The notes below the pieces were generated by a model that searched no databases, was not told where the DNA came from, and was given only the letters and a program-made list of their open reading frames with translations. A program made the translations under genes and the position numbers. 64,000 nt of DNA, taken from NCBI RefSeq assembly GCF_009914755.1, contig NC_060941.1; one strand, written 5' to 3'. This DNA is from the human T2T-CHM13v2.0 reference genome, Homo sapiens. This document shows positions 13,921 to 29,645 of this stretch, one piece after another (within the stretch, counting starts at the first letter, position 1; the number at the start of each line of letters is the position of its first letter).

Positions 13921-16039
13921 TAAGTGATGTTCTCCAGTGACTAACATGAGAAAGCAGTAAAAAAGCTTGTAATATTGTTTTTAAAAATTAACTCTTTAAA
14001 ACAATACAGAGACATTGTTACTTCTCTTGGGCACCTGAGACATCAGAGCTACCTCCTTCCCCCGCCCCCACTAAAACACTTGCATCATTCAGGTTTTTTT
14101 GAAGCAAATCAGTACATTTGAAATCCATATTTCATGGAGCTACTTAACTAATTGCTGCAATCAGCAGCAATTTGTTTTATAGTAGGGCTGTTCAAATCAC
14201 TTTGAGGTTGGCATACCATGCACAGTGTGTTTTTAACAATCATATTTTTAATGGCACGTTTAAATAGGAGAGATGGTTAATCTGCTCATATTCTTCTGAA
14301 AACCTTAACTTTGGTCCTATAGTTTATCTTCATCCAATGGTAACTTAAAGGGCCATAGCAAATTCATTGACCCAGTGGGTACACCAGCTGTTGGAGTGGC
14401 TGTCCCATTTAGAAAGACCAGGAGAGGGAAGGAGCACCCTGTTTTCACTCTTGTTTGGAGACCCTCATTAAATTTCTCAGAAACAATAATCAGATAGATG
14501 CTGTTCAAGTTAATGGCACCTCTGAGTCCCTGTCAAGAGAGCTTTATTTAATGTGCAACAGACCTGGAGTGATGCAGGTGTCTTTTCAGGCCCTCATTTA
14601 ATTTAAGCTGCTTTAGTTGGCATGGCAACTAGTTGAGACATCTGGGAGACATTATGCTGGGGATTGAGACTTCAGAGGATTTCTGCTAGAGCAAAGCAAA
14701 AACCGTATCATAAGGTGGTGTGTATTGCTTCTGAATTTTTGAAGCTGTATTGTTAGAGCTTCAAATTCAGGAATTATTTTCCAAAGAAAATTTTAAAATG
14801 TTGGCCTGGTTGTCTCATTGTTTTCTATAAAGAAAAAAACTGCATTATTCATGGAGTGAAAAATGTTTTTCCCCTAAGAATTTACTTTGCTAAACTAAAG
14901 GTTGACAAAACGTATTCTCTGCAAAGTGGCTGTTTTAATCACTTTATAAAAATCCTATATTTAAAATTTTCCAGTCTTTTATGTTTAAAAGATACTAAAG
15001 AAAGGGAAAGCATTTCTGCACAAGGGTAAATGGAAAATGGTAGAGGTAGATAGGAGCTCTGTGTGTTTTGCCCTGAACTTTCCAGTTAATTAAAGTTAAT
15101 TAACCTGTCCCTATTTTTTAACCCAACCTGTCATCTTCTCAAGAAGCAGAGATATAAAAGTAGCATTATTTTAAACTCTCCTTTCTTAAACATTATAATA
15201 GATAATAGAAGGTTGAATGAAAGGTTTTTGAAGTTCATGGATCCTGAAGATAGTGACATAAGTGATGTAGTCATTTGTGCTTAGGAGAGGGAATGCCTGC
15301 TAGTTTATATTTTGTGAGAAATTATGTACGTGTGTATGTGGTCTTAGTATGAAGGAATTGACTTACCATTTGAAATCATGCTTTATATTCATTTTGAATA
15401 CCTTTTCAGTTTTTTGATATCTGGTAATACTTTGCTCTGTGTTAGTTGAATTATATGAAAGTGTTACTGTTGATCAAAAATAGTTCAGTTTGTCCATTCA
15501 AATCCCACAGGTATAGGGTGAGCAACACCCTGACCTGATAGGTTTCATAATGCTAGATGAAATGTCAGATTTCTTTTTCTGAAACGAGTACTTAGTTATA
15601 AAATATCTGCTTAGAACAGTACTCCCTCCAGTCACTTTTCCATTTTCTCCTTTCTTTGAAAATGTAGTCACTGTTAGAATAAAGCATATGACATTATTTC
15701 ATACTTACTCTGTTTTTGGCTTTTGTATCAGTTTGTTTCGTTTATAAATTTATAAGTCAAAGCAAGATTTTCCAAGTGCCAGCACTATGATTTCAACCTG
15801 ATAAACTTGAAAATTAAGATGTTTTCTCTCCGCTGCTTACGAGCTACCAACTGTCACTACTAACAGTAAGGATTCTGGCATCACAACTTGGCTGCCAATT
15901 TTGTAGATATGTGAAGCAGAATAGAATATAACCTGTTCTTCGCATCCATGCAAGAACTCTTCAATCCTGGCAAAAGCAAAAAAAAAGTCAGTAAACTCAG
16001 CAGATCTGGCTGACATCCCATACACATAAATGCTTTATA

Positions 16040-16387
<348 letters not shown>

Positions 16388-16403
16388 TAAAAGCTCAAGT
16401 TTC

Positions 16404-16700
16404 GGCCAGGCACAGTGGCTCATGCCTGTAATCCCAGCACTTTGGGAGGCCAAGGCGGGCAGATCACCTGAGGTCGGGAGTTCAATACCAGCCTGACCAA
16501 CATGGAGAAACCCTATCTCTACTAAAAATAGAAAGATTAGCCAGGCGTGGTAGCACATGCCTGTAATCCCAGCTACTCAAGAGGCCGAGGCAGGAGAATA
16601 GCTTGAACCTGAGAGGTGGAGGTTGTGGTGAGCCGAGATCATGCCATTGCACTCCAGGCTGTGCAACAAGAGCGAAATTCCCCCTCAAAAAAAAAAAAAA
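16404..16700 (+). mobile_element. AluS (Sp-like) with TSD
   Basis: Full Alu; AAAAGCTCAAGTT on both sides. Confidence 0.95.
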
Positions 16701-16716
16701 AGCTCAAGTTGACAAC

Positions 16717-17047
16717 TGTCTTAGTCCATTCATTCTGCTATAACAAAATACCATAAACTGGGTGGTTTATAAACAACACTAATTTACTTCTGACAGTTCT
16801 GCAGGCTGGGAAGTCCAAAATCAAGACTTGGTGTCTGCCGAGGGCCCATTTCCTAGTTGACATTCTTTAACTATAACCTAACATTGTGGAAAGAACTAAC
16901 AAACTCCATTAGGTCTCTTTTATAGAGAGGCTCTGACCTCATGACCTAATCACCTCCCAAAGGTCCCACCTCTTAATCACATCTATTTGGGGGTTAGCAT
17001 TTCAACCTATGAACTTTGGGGAAGACACAGATGTTCAGAACATAACA
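16717..17047 (-). mobile_element. MaLR solo LTR (MST/MLT1A-like)
   Basis: tgtcttagtccattc...ctgctataacaaaataccataaactgggtggtttataaacaac...gacctaatcacctcccaaagg. Confidence 0.85.
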
Positions 17048-18163
17048 AAACGCTTAATGCAGGGATGGCAATTGTGAAATTTTTATTTTTGTTTTGTTGT
17101 TTGGGTTTTTTCTGTGTAATGGTCCTTTGTTTCCTCTCCCTTGACAATTCTGGAACCAGTGCAACTCAAGAATATTGGGACTTCTGATTAAGACTTAAAG
17201 GTGCAAGTAGCAATTTTTTATGTCACCATCCTGTGATTTCCTAGTGGAAAAGAAATTTTTGGTACATACTAGCGGGTTAACATCCTTAATATGAGAAACA
17301 GTATTACAAAAAAATTGTCACCCTAGTAGAAAATTGAGCAAAGGACAGGAACAATTTGCTGTCAGTCTTGGTTTTCCTTTTTTTTTCTGTCTCTCATGGT
17401 CACACATATGTGTGGCCAATAAACATGTAAAGAGTTTTCAACCTTAAAACACAGTGGATAGAACATAAATCTTTACTACCATTCCTTCCTGTAGTCCCCT
17501 TAAATTTCACTAAAGGGTTAAAAATTCAGTCTAGAAAAGGCAGAAATCTAAGCTGGCAGTAATGAGAACCCAGAAACAGGTTGATTCTTGCTACAGAATG
17601 TCAGAAAGTCTCAGGAATTGGAGGCATCAAGTATCTCAGAAAGTGGGGATACATGTGGGCCTAAACATCGGATTGGTTGCAAGCCTGTTTAAGAAGTAGT
17701 ACGATGCTCAGATCTTCTTCCCTCACCCTGCTGGAGACTAAAAGTTTATTCCCTGGACACCCACTAACATAGAATTCTGGCAGCCTGACCTATTCATCCT
17801 AAGAAGAAAGATTGGAGGACTCTTCTGAATAAATGATTAACCCAGGAAGGAGGATCTGTACATAATTGAGGGTTCCTCATGAAATAATACCTTAAAGCTC
17901 TAAGCACTCCCACAGAGCTACATTATAGTGAAACAATAATATTGTAAACATCCAGTGGCAGGAGATGACTTAACTCCTGACATATTATGTAAAATGGAGT
18001 ACTATTTAAGCATTTGAAATGATATAAAAGAATATATATAATACCATGGAAAGAGTTTACAGTATTTTAAAACTTTTTTAAAGTATATGTAATATCCTCA
18101 CATACACATAAAATTCTATATATAGGATGTTTATCTCAAGGTTATTTAAAATAGTTAAAAATA

Positions 18164-18460
18164 GGCCAGTCTCAGTGGCTCACACCTGTAATCCCATCAC
18201 TTTGAGATACTGAGGTGGGCAGATCACTTGAGGTCAGGAGTTCAAGACCAGCCTGGCCAACATGGCGAAACCCCATCTACTAACAATACAAAAATTAGTC
18301 GGGCATGGTAGCATGTGCCTGTAAGCCTAGTTACTCAGGAGGCTGAGGCATGAGGATCGCTTGAACCTGGGAAATGGAGGTTGCAGAATTATGAGCCAAG
18401 ATCACAGCACAGCACTCCAGCCTGGGTGACAGAGCAAGACTCCATCTCAAAAAATAAAAT
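18164..18460 (+). mobile_element. AluS
   Basis: Full Alu dimer. Confidence 0.93.
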
Positions 18461-18671
18461 AGTAAAAAATAAAATTAGAAATAGCTTTTTAACAATGATC
18501 ACTTGGTTAAATGAATTATAATATAGCCACACGTTAGAACACTATGCAGTCATTAAAATTCTGCATTATTAAACCATTGAATGGGATAAGCAAGGGATTC
18601 CCTTGCTTGTTTTGTTTTTAGATCCTTATATTTTATTAAAAGAACAGGCAACAGCAGAAAAGTTAAAAGGT

Positions 18672-19335
18672 CATTAAAAAGTCAGGAAACAACAAATGCT
18701 GTAGAGGATGTGGAGAAATAGGAACGCTTTTACACTGCTGGTGGGAGTATAAATTAGTTCAACCATTGTGGAAGACAGTGTGGCGATTCCTCAAGGATCT
18801 AGAACTAGAAATACCATTTGACCCAGCGATCCCATTACTGGTTATATACCCAAAGGATTATAAATCATGCAGCTATAAAGACATATGCACACGTATGTTT
18901 ATTGTGGCCCTATTCACAATAGCAAAAGACTTGGAACCAACCCAATGTCCATCAGTGATAGACTGGATTAAGAAAATGTGGCACATATACACCATGGAAT
19001 ACTATGCAGCCATAAAAAAGGATGAGTTCATGTCCTTTGCAGGGCCATGGATGAAGCTGGAAACCATCATTCTCAGCAAACTATCACAAGGGCAGAAAAC
19101 CAAACACCGCATGTTCTCACTCATAGGTGGGAATTGAACAATGAGAACACTTGAACATAGGGCAGGGAACATCACACATCAGGGCCTGTCGGGGGGTGGA
19201 GGGCTGGGGGTGGGATAGCATTAGAAGAAATACCTAATGTGAATGATGATTTGATGGGCGCAGCAAACCAACATGGCTCATGTATACCTATGTAACCTGC
19301 ATGTTGTGCACATGTACCCTAGAACTTAAAGTATT
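18672..19335 (+). mobile_element. 5'-truncated L1PA (ORF2 C-terminus and 3'UTR)
   Basis: ORF 18766-19137 WKTVWRFLKDLELEIPFDPAIPLL...KHRMFSLIGGN matches the L1 ORF2p C-terminus; ends gtaccctagaacttaaagtat. Confidence 0.95.
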
Positions 19336-20435
19336 AAAAGAACAATGTATATAATACCAGTTTTATTTTAAATATACATGTATGTACCCATGCACATTAG
19401 TTTCATCAAAATGTTCTAAATTCACCCAAAGAGGTAGAATTCTGGATATTTTTAATATTCTTGCATTTTTTTATAATTTCCATTTTCTACAATGAAGTTT
19501 AAGAAAACTATTAAGGAAATTTTCAAAATATACAAAAATATATACAAAATATGCAAAAATATATACAAAAATATAAGAGCCAGTAGTATATAAGTATATA
19601 ACTTGCGTACCTCATGCTCAGCTTTAACAATATTAATCATTTTGCCAATCTCATTTCCTCTATTCTTTTTTATTGAGGGGAAGGGAAAGGAGGGCTGGAG
19701 TATTTTAAAGTAGATAACCAAACATCACATTATTCCACCTATAAATACTTAAATGTGAATTTCTAACAGATAAGTACCTTGAAAACAACAATTATGCCAT
19801 TATCACACCTAATAAAATTAGCTAATTCCTTAATATCTGTTGTCTGATTGCCTCAAGAGTCACTTTTTGAATAAGGTTCTAAACAAAGTTCACACGTATG
19901 TATGGTTATTATGTCTCTTGAGTCTCTTATCCCAAACATTTCTGCCTGCCCTTCACCCCGCAACACACACTTTTTTTGTGGGAGGGGGAGGGGGATGGTC
20001 ATTGATTTGTTAGATAAATTTTTCCTGAAGAATGATCCACGTTGTGTGTTTAGTAGATTGCTTCTTCATAATGTCTTGTTTTTTAATTCCACATATTTCT
20101 AGTTAACTGGTCATTAGAGCTAGATGATTGATTACATTCAAATTAAGTTTTTTGGGACATGAATAATTCTAGGCAGTGGTGTGCATATCACAAACATAAT
20201 ATTCTTGTTCCACATTAAATTATGCTAAGATTGAGTGGTGGATTGAAGTGATGTCAGTCTCACACTCATCCTTTTCAAGTGGTTTTACCAGCCATCGATG
20301 GTGCCTAGCTCCAGAGATTGCAAAACCGTGGTTTTTTTTCTAATTCTGTAATTGTTTCTGCATTTATTGGTTGAAATTATTCTATAAAGAACATAGTGAA
20401 CATTTAGTCTATTTTGTGATAGTTGTGGGGGGTTT

Positions 20436-21066
<631 letters not shown>

Positions 21067-21532
21067 TAAAAAAAAGAATAAGAAGATAAATCCAAAATTG
21101 CATAGAACCATTGAAGCAATTTTAGACATGATCAGATCTAAAATCTTCACTACTATGTAACCGTAGGTAGGTTGTCTTCTGTTAACGTCAATTTCTTTAT
21201 CTAAATTTAGGGTACCACTACATACCTTGTAGAGTTACCATGAAAATTAGATGAGATTATCTATTTAAAATACTTAGTAGAGTACCTATACCTAGCAGGT
21301 GCTCAATATACATTCATTCATCAAATATTTATAGGGACCTACTATGTGCACTATATTCTAAGAGTTTAGGATAAATTTGTGAACAAAGCAGACAACCCTT
21401 GCCTTTATGGTGCAGGCTTGGCAATACAGACAGAGAATAAACATAAGGAAATTACAGGATAATAACTACTAAGGGAAGAAGAAAAAGTAAAGCTGTGCAA
21501 GGTGATAGCAAATGGATAGGGAGTACAGGTTG

Positions 21533-22418
21533 TTACACAAACCTAGATGGTATAGCCTATTACACACCTAAGCTGTATGGTATAACCTATTCCTCTTAGG
21601 CTACAAACCTGTACAACTGTACAACATGTTACCGTACTGAATACTGTAGGCAGCTTTAATACAATAATAAGTATTTGTATATCTAAACGTATCTGAACAT
21701 AGAAAAGGTACAGTAAAAATATGATATAAAAGATAAAAATGGTACACCTGTATAGGGCACTTAACACGAATGGAGCTTGCAAGACTGGAAGTTGCTCTGG
21801 GTGTGTCAGTGAGTGGTGAGTGAATTTGAAAGCCTAGAACATTACTGTGCATTACTATAGACTTTATAAACTCTGTGCTCTTAAGCTACACTGTTTATTT
21901 TTTTAAAGTTTCTTTAATATAAATTAACCCTAGCTTACTGTAATTTTTTTACTTTCGAAACTTTTTAATTTTGTTAAATATTTTACTCTTTTGTAATAAC
22001 ACTTAGCGTAAAACACAAGGACATTGTACAGCTGTACAAAAATTTTTTTTTCTTATTTATTTATTTTTTCTCACTCTGTTGCCTAGGCTGGATTGCAGTG
22101 GTGCAATCATGGCTCACTGCAACCTTGACCTCCCAGGGTCAAGTAATCCTTCCACCTCAGTGTCCTCAATAACTGCTAGGACTACAGGCACAAGCCACCA
22201 CACCTGGCTAAGTTTTTTGTAGAGTTGAGGTCTGAGTTGCTTTTTTACTTTTTAAAATAAGACACAAACATATACATTAGCCTAAGCCTACACAGGTTTA
22301 GTCACCAAGACACCCCTAGGCAATACAATAGGAATTTTCAGCACTGTTACAGTCTGTGGGACCACCTTTATACATGTGGTCCATCATCAACGAAACATCA
22401 TTATATAATGTCTGACTG
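21533..22418. mobile_element. Tigger3-family DNA transposon, interrupted by an Alu fragment (22045-22235), set within an L2
   Basis: ctagatggtatagcctattacacacctaagctg...catagaaaaggtacagtaaaaat...gactg|TA end. Confidence 0.8.
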
Positions 22419-22419
22419 T

Positions 22420-23680
22420 AGTGTCAGAGTGGTTGAGGTAGGCCTCATTTGAAAGATAAAATTTGAGCAAAACCACAAAGGACGTGAAAGAGTTAACCAA
22501 ATAGATGTCAGGAAGTACAGTCCATGCAGAGGGAATAGCTAAGGCCTAAGGTTGGAGTGTATCTAGCATGTTCAGAGAATATCCAGGAAGAAAGCAATAG
22601 AAGAGGTCAGAGAAGGAAGAAGGCCAAATGATTTATGGCCTGTGAGACCATTTTAAGGACTGGCTTTTACTCTTAAATGAAATGGAAAGCTTTTGCAGAA
22701 AAGTGACATAATTTGGCCTTCATCCTAAAAGATCATTCTGTGAAATGCATCCAGTTTTGGATGAATTGATGGATGGAAAGAGCAATGGATAGATGTGTGA
22801 CAAAGCAAATATAGCAAAATATTCAGTGTAGATTCTAGGTGGTAAGTGTGTATATGGGTCATCTCTGCGTAATTTTCTGTGTTTGAAAAATAAGAAAAAG
22901 TTGAATAAAAACTATTAAAAACTATAACCCTGATGTCATTATTTAACTCTTCATCATTTTATAGAATAATTTTAACATGTCACTGAAAACTGTCCTGTAA
23001 GTGAATCCCACATGCCAAATATCATTTTCTCATTAACTTTCATTATGAAGTAGAATATATTTCTTTGGAAAGAATCTGAGTGATAAAACCTAAGATTAAA
23101 ATATCTAAGAATGTAAAAGGCTTAAAAATTATATTTTCTATATAATAAAGTAAATGTCAGTATATAGGCAAAATAAAAAATATAACAGTAAAAAAAATTA
23201 TCCTGGCTGCTGTTTTAGAAATCTAGCAGTCTTGGGCCAGAGTAGTAACAGTGGATATAAGAAGTGGCCTTAATTCTGACTAAATTTTGAAGGATTTCTG
23301 ATGAATTGGAGGTATGGTGAAAGAGAAACGGGGAGTAAAGGATAACTCCTTGATGTGGTTTGTGGTGCAAGCAACTAAGAAAGATTTGGACAGTTTTGGA
23401 CTTGTTAGTTTGAAATGTCAATTAGGTATCCAGGGGAAATAGGTAGGCAGTTTGATATACCAGTCTGCACTTAAGGAAAGATTAACTAGAGAGAGAAATT
23501 TGGCAGTCTGCAGCATGGATGTTATTTAAAGGCATGGCACTGGATCCGAGTATCCACGAGTGTGGATAGGGAAGAGGAGTGAGGACCAGCAGCCATGGGG
23601 CATTTCAACGTACAATGATTGAAGGAGACTAAAGCGATTTGGAAAAAATGTCTCGAGGAGGAGGGAGTTTGAAAACAATT
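22420..23680 (-). mobile_element. L2 fragments with an L1M 3' piece
   Basis: gaccattttaaggactggcttttactct; gacagttttggacttgttagtttgaaatgtc. Confidence 0.6.
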
Positions 23681-24550
23681 GAAAAACAATTTTTAGTTGT
23701 TTTGTCAAAGGCTGTTATTATCAGTTCTCCTCCCTGTTCCCAAGTTATCCCCTTTCCTACTTGTTTTTGCTAAAACATTAAATTAGAAATTGCCTTAAGA
23801 AAACTTAATACTTAAATTATAAGATTTACCATACTTTTGCTTCCCTAATGTATCTAACACGTGCTTCACAAGAGTCTTGAATTGCATATCTCCATGGCTC
23901 CCCAGGCTCCAGCCTTTAATCATCGGCCATGTGTCCATTCAGCAAAACCCTAAACATACAACAGAGTACAACGTATAGGAAGCTCGCTCGAAATCTAGTG
24001 GTGATGGTGGGGAGGGGTGTTTCATAAATATATACAAAGTTAAATAATAAAGGAACTAAATTACTAAGATTGTGGAGAGACTTAACTAATTATTTTACAT
24101 GTGTTTAGGAATACCATATTTTATAATGTAACAAGCCACAGCCCTTGGATAGGTTGTGATCTTTTCCATTGGTGTCATGGTGGCCTAAGATGAGATCACC
24201 AATCCCCATTTGTTTGGATTCAAAGGACATTCCTGTAATATGTCTAAGTAGAGCTTAAGACTGTTTGGTCGTCATACTTTTCCTGGCCTGGCTGTTATTT
24301 AAAATGTTTACCTTTGGTTTTCTCTTTGATAATGCTGATTATAAGGAAATCATTTGGTCGTTTACTTCTGCTGACTTTTAAACATGTAAGTTCTTTTGAT
24401 TTTAGTAGTGTTTTGTGAGGGCTGGAATTCTCACCTCTGTCACGCTGTCTAGAAGCTTTCTTTCCCCACTTTTCCAGCCTTGAGAATGGAAGTTATTTTT
24501 TAGATCTGGTCACCACTTTGAGGGGGTAGGGGACTGAATTCGCCGAACTC

Positions 24551-24692
<142 letters not shown>

Positions 24693-25422
24693 TGAAGAAA
24701 AAGGTGCTGTCACACTGTAAATGAAATGTTTTGCTTCTCATTTAGACTTTAATCCGATCTTCCAAGGTTTTCTTCTTCTCTAAAGACTTTTTTCTTTTGA
24801 CCAAAGCATATTTTATAATTTCTATATTTAATGTTAAAGAGGAAGCTTTTTAGGGTTGCCAAATAGTTCTTGTTTTCAGTGATGAAAGAGAAAGCCCTGT
24901 CAAATTCATTAGGCAGTTGAGTGGGCTAATCTAGGTGAATAAGCAGGATGGTTTGTCACAAGTTCACAAAACAGCCTTTAGTTTTCAACGGAATAGGAAT
25001 ATGTGGCATCAGACGACTAAAGTGAAAAGTGACTATATCCCCTATGGATGACGTCCATCCTGCAAGCCAACAGTAGGTGGGCCTGTCTGAGTATTGGCTG
25101 GCATACCTGAAGCCAACTCCAGAGAAACAAAATGACCCTTAAAACCAAAGTAGATTGGGAAGACCAATAAACAGAGCCAGCTAAATTCTAGACAGCTCAT
25201 TAAAGAGCACAGACTTGACTGAGAAAGGATTTGGGCCAACATTATTGACACTTCTTCTGGCCATCAAGTATGTCCATGAGAATTTTGCCATTACAAGTAG
25301 AGAATTGCTTAAACCTGAAACAGCTTTCTTACCTAGTAAGCAAAATACTTTCCCCCTGCCCCAGAATTCATAGAATTAAGAGATTCTTTATAGAGATTGA
25401 AAAATAAATGCCAAAAGGATGA

Positions 25423-25726
<304 letters not shown>

Positions 25727-25762
25727 ACATAAGCAATATTAAAACTAAAAAACTCACCTCCA

Positions 25763-26065
<303 letters not shown>

Positions 26066-26179
26066 TCACCTCTAAGATTTGTTCATATTCTATGGTAGGG
26101 GAAAATGGGGAAGATATTGGCTCTTTTTGTACTTGTGAAAAATGTGATTTGCTACATTTTATCCAAAAAAGACTCAGCC

Positions 26180-26360
26180 CATTAGCCGGATATGGTGGTA
26201 CATGCCCGTAGTTCCCACTTCTCAGGAGGCTGAGATGGGAGCATGGCTTGAGCCAGGAAGGTCGAGGCTTCAGTGAGCTGTGATCATACCACCACACTCC
26301 TGCCTAGGTTACAGAGCGAGACCCTGTCTCAAAAAAAAAAAAGAAAAGAAAAAAAGAAAA
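26180..26360 (+). mobile_element. Alu right monomer (FRAM/AluJ)
   Basis: ttagccggatatggtgg...gaccctgtctc plus A tail. Confidence 0.85.
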
Positions 26361-26908
26361 ACGCACACAAAAAGGACTCAACCTTGAGGCTGGGACCTTT
26401 AGCAGTACTGAATGAAGACACTGGTCTTCTAAGATTTCACAAATATTTTTAAAGTGGTTCATTACCCTCTTGATTCTGAGCGGTAAAGAATACTACTGAC
26501 AGTGTGGGCAAGTTCCTGAATTTTGTTCTATCAGTGAAACATCTGTCCTGGGAAAGGCTCCCTGTAGTAATGGAAACTGTTTTGTTGGAGCAGGCTCCGA
26601 GTTGCAGGTTAAGAGTATCAATAGCAGCAGTCCAATAGCCACACTGACTAGCAATCTAAGGTTATTAGTATGGTCTTAACTCGAGTGCCTAAGAAGCTTA
26701 TCTGTATTTAAACCTACATAATTGTTTAAATTATAGACATTATCTCTAGACTTTGCAAACCTTTGGTGACATTTTATTTTACTGTAGCAAAATTACGGTA
26801 TTTTGAGGTGGGACTAGCTTTTAATAATGTTCATTATGCAGTTATTTAGGGAACAATTTTAAATCCTCTACTGTTTTCTTCCAAGGTTTTTTTTAAATTA
26901 TTGGTTGA

Positions 26909-27058
<150 letters not shown>

Positions 27059-27499
27059 TAAATACCTGGGAAAAATCAGAATGTCAGGGCAGGTTTAAGA
27101 ACAACATATTTTTGTGAAAGAAAGAAGTTCATTTCCATTACTTTACCAAAAGTTAACCCAGTTTTCTCCATATCACTACTCATAGCCATGGTAATAATTT
27201 GTAGTCCTGCCTCATGTTCTTTTCATGATATTTGGCCTATGTTTTAGAAACACTGAAATTGGAATTGTAGTGTAACTAGAAAGAAGAATAGACAAGGTGA
27301 CTCCTTTACAGCTTGTTCCATTATTAAAAGAAGTGCATATCAGAAGAAATATTAGAACAGCAAGCATCTGTTTATATAAGAGAATGAAGTGTGACTTTTA
27401 GGAAGACCATTTACATTTTTACACAGCTAACATATCTATATGCTGTTTGACCAAGGTAGCAAAGTAAGAAGTAGAAACATATTTAAAAGGGATAGTGCT

Positions 27500-27800
27500 G
27501 GCCAGACACGGTGGCTCATGCCTGTAATTCCAGCATTTTGGGAGGCTGAGGCGGGCAGATTGCTTGAGCCCAGGAGTTCAAGACCAGCCTGGGCAATGCA
27601 GCAAAACCCCATCTCAATAAAAAATTCAAAAATTAGCTAGGTGTGGTTGCACATGCCTGTAGTTCCAGCTACTCAGAAGGCTGAGATGGGAGGATCACCT
27701 GAGCCCAGAGCGTGAAGGCTGCAGTGAGCTGTGATCACACCACTGCACTTCCACCTAGGTGACAGAGTGAGACCCTGTCTCAAAAAAAAAAAAAAAAAAA
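27500..27800 (+). mobile_element. AluJ
   Basis: Full Alu with A tail. Confidence 0.93.
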
Positions 27801-29346
27801 GTGAAAATGCCAAACCAGAAAAGGGTAATATGCATCTATCCAATGTATTTCCATAATGTATAGTAGCCAATTCTTAATTATTCCTCTGAAGAGGAATTGA
27901 TTACAGAATTATATTTAGTAGTTCCAAAATTTCAAGTCATCAGTTTCAGTTTTACTTCTCTTCCCTAGTACAGCCATTGTCTTTCATTTAAAAAGGGGCT
28001 TGCAAATAGCAAAGTCCACATATTTGTATTTCCCTACCTCTAATACAGATGTGTATTGGCAGAACTCTTGAATAGAGAGAGGTCCACTATATTTTTCCTC
28101 ATAATAGAAATTGGAAATAAGGGCCTTTAACTGCTATATTTGAAAAGAAAAATAAATTTTTAAAATGTTACCCACTTTAAAAGTAATCAAGACTATCATT
28201 ATTACTTAGGTTGCTGGCGGTTAAACTAAGTAATAAAACCAAGTGTATAAATAAAATTCATTTTTTATTTTAAATGATTTCTCTGAACTGTAGGTCAGTT
28301 CTCTTGAAAAGCTGGTGGATTATACTGCTTATGAATGAAAATTCTCCCTTCATTATAGCCTTGAAGAACCCTCACCCTTATTTTAACTCAAGAAAGATGA
28401 AAACCTATTTTTCATATTTTCCCTAAAAATAGCTGATGTTGTAATTCAGTCTTTTGTTTCCACAGAGAAGTTAATTGCCACCAAAATCTACTAAAGTATT
28501 CCTTCTATAGGTTATTGAGTTTTTCCTGCCACCTTTTCACTTTTTAAAGAGAACTTGCAACCTATCCCCATAATCGTTTTTTAATTAAAAAAAAAATTTA
28601 AACCTTATAGTTAGAAATTTTTTTGTCCTATTCATACCTAATCAATCTTACGACAGTTTAAGCCAATTTCTTCTTATTTTGGTTTTTGATTGGAAGACTT
28701 CACACAGGATTTTGTGCAGGACCTGTCATGTTTGATGCCATTAACTGCTTGAAGTTCATTTTCCAAATTGTCCGTTATGGTTTTATAACCTTGGACTGTA
28801 TGAATGGGCAACTAAAGGAAAATGCCATTTGTGAATACACAACACACAAATCAGAACAAACAAATTTTGCTCCACTCCTTTGACTCATCTTATGGGCCTA
28901 CTTTTAAAAAGCCAGAATAGAGTCTAGGCTATAGACACTAGTTCTTTCTTCTCAAACATACAAATTCATTGAAGATCATTATAACAAAACATTTTTTAAA
29001 AATCAGTATCCTTCCATATCGTGAATGTATTTTGTTTCCTATTAAGCACAAGATGGATAATTTTGCTGGAATTTTTTTAGTTATCTGATCATGTAAGCTT
29101 CCTATTTTGGACTCAGGTTGTCTTCCAAATAAGTTGCTAAAAATGACGAAATCATACTGATGTTTTTAATAAGGGATTTGCTTTATAACAGAAGGCCTTT
29201 TTTTGTTGGATGGGTGGTTGGTTGGTTTTTCTCATATAAATATGAGAAAAAAATTATGTTCTTTCCTTTTGTTGGTTTGGTTTTTAAAAATATCCTCAAG
29301 AGTCATGGCCAAGTAATAGAGTTTTTAAAATATTATATGTTATTTT

Positions 29347-29645
29347 GGCCGGGCGCAGTGGCTCACGCCTGTAATCCCAGCACTGGGAGGCTGAGGTGGG
29401 CAGATCACTTGAGGCCAGGAACTTGAGACCAGCCTGGCCAACATGGCAAAACCCTGTCTCTACTAAAAATACAAAAATTAGCCAGGCGTGGTGGCGCATG
29501 CCACTAGTCCCAGCTGCTCAGGAGGCAGAGACACGAGAATCACTTGAACCTGAGAGGCAGACGTTGCAGTGAGCCGACATCATGTCAGTGCACTTCAGTC
29601 TGGGTGACAGAGTGAGACTGTCTCAAAAAATATATATATATATAT
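29347..29645 (+). mobile_element. AluS with (TA)n tail
   Basis: Full Alu; TATATGTTATTT flanks. Confidence 0.93.

Noticed and set aside
18766-19137. ORF as a functional gene
   Set aside because: It is the C-terminal remnant of L1 ORF2 in a 5'-truncated copy.
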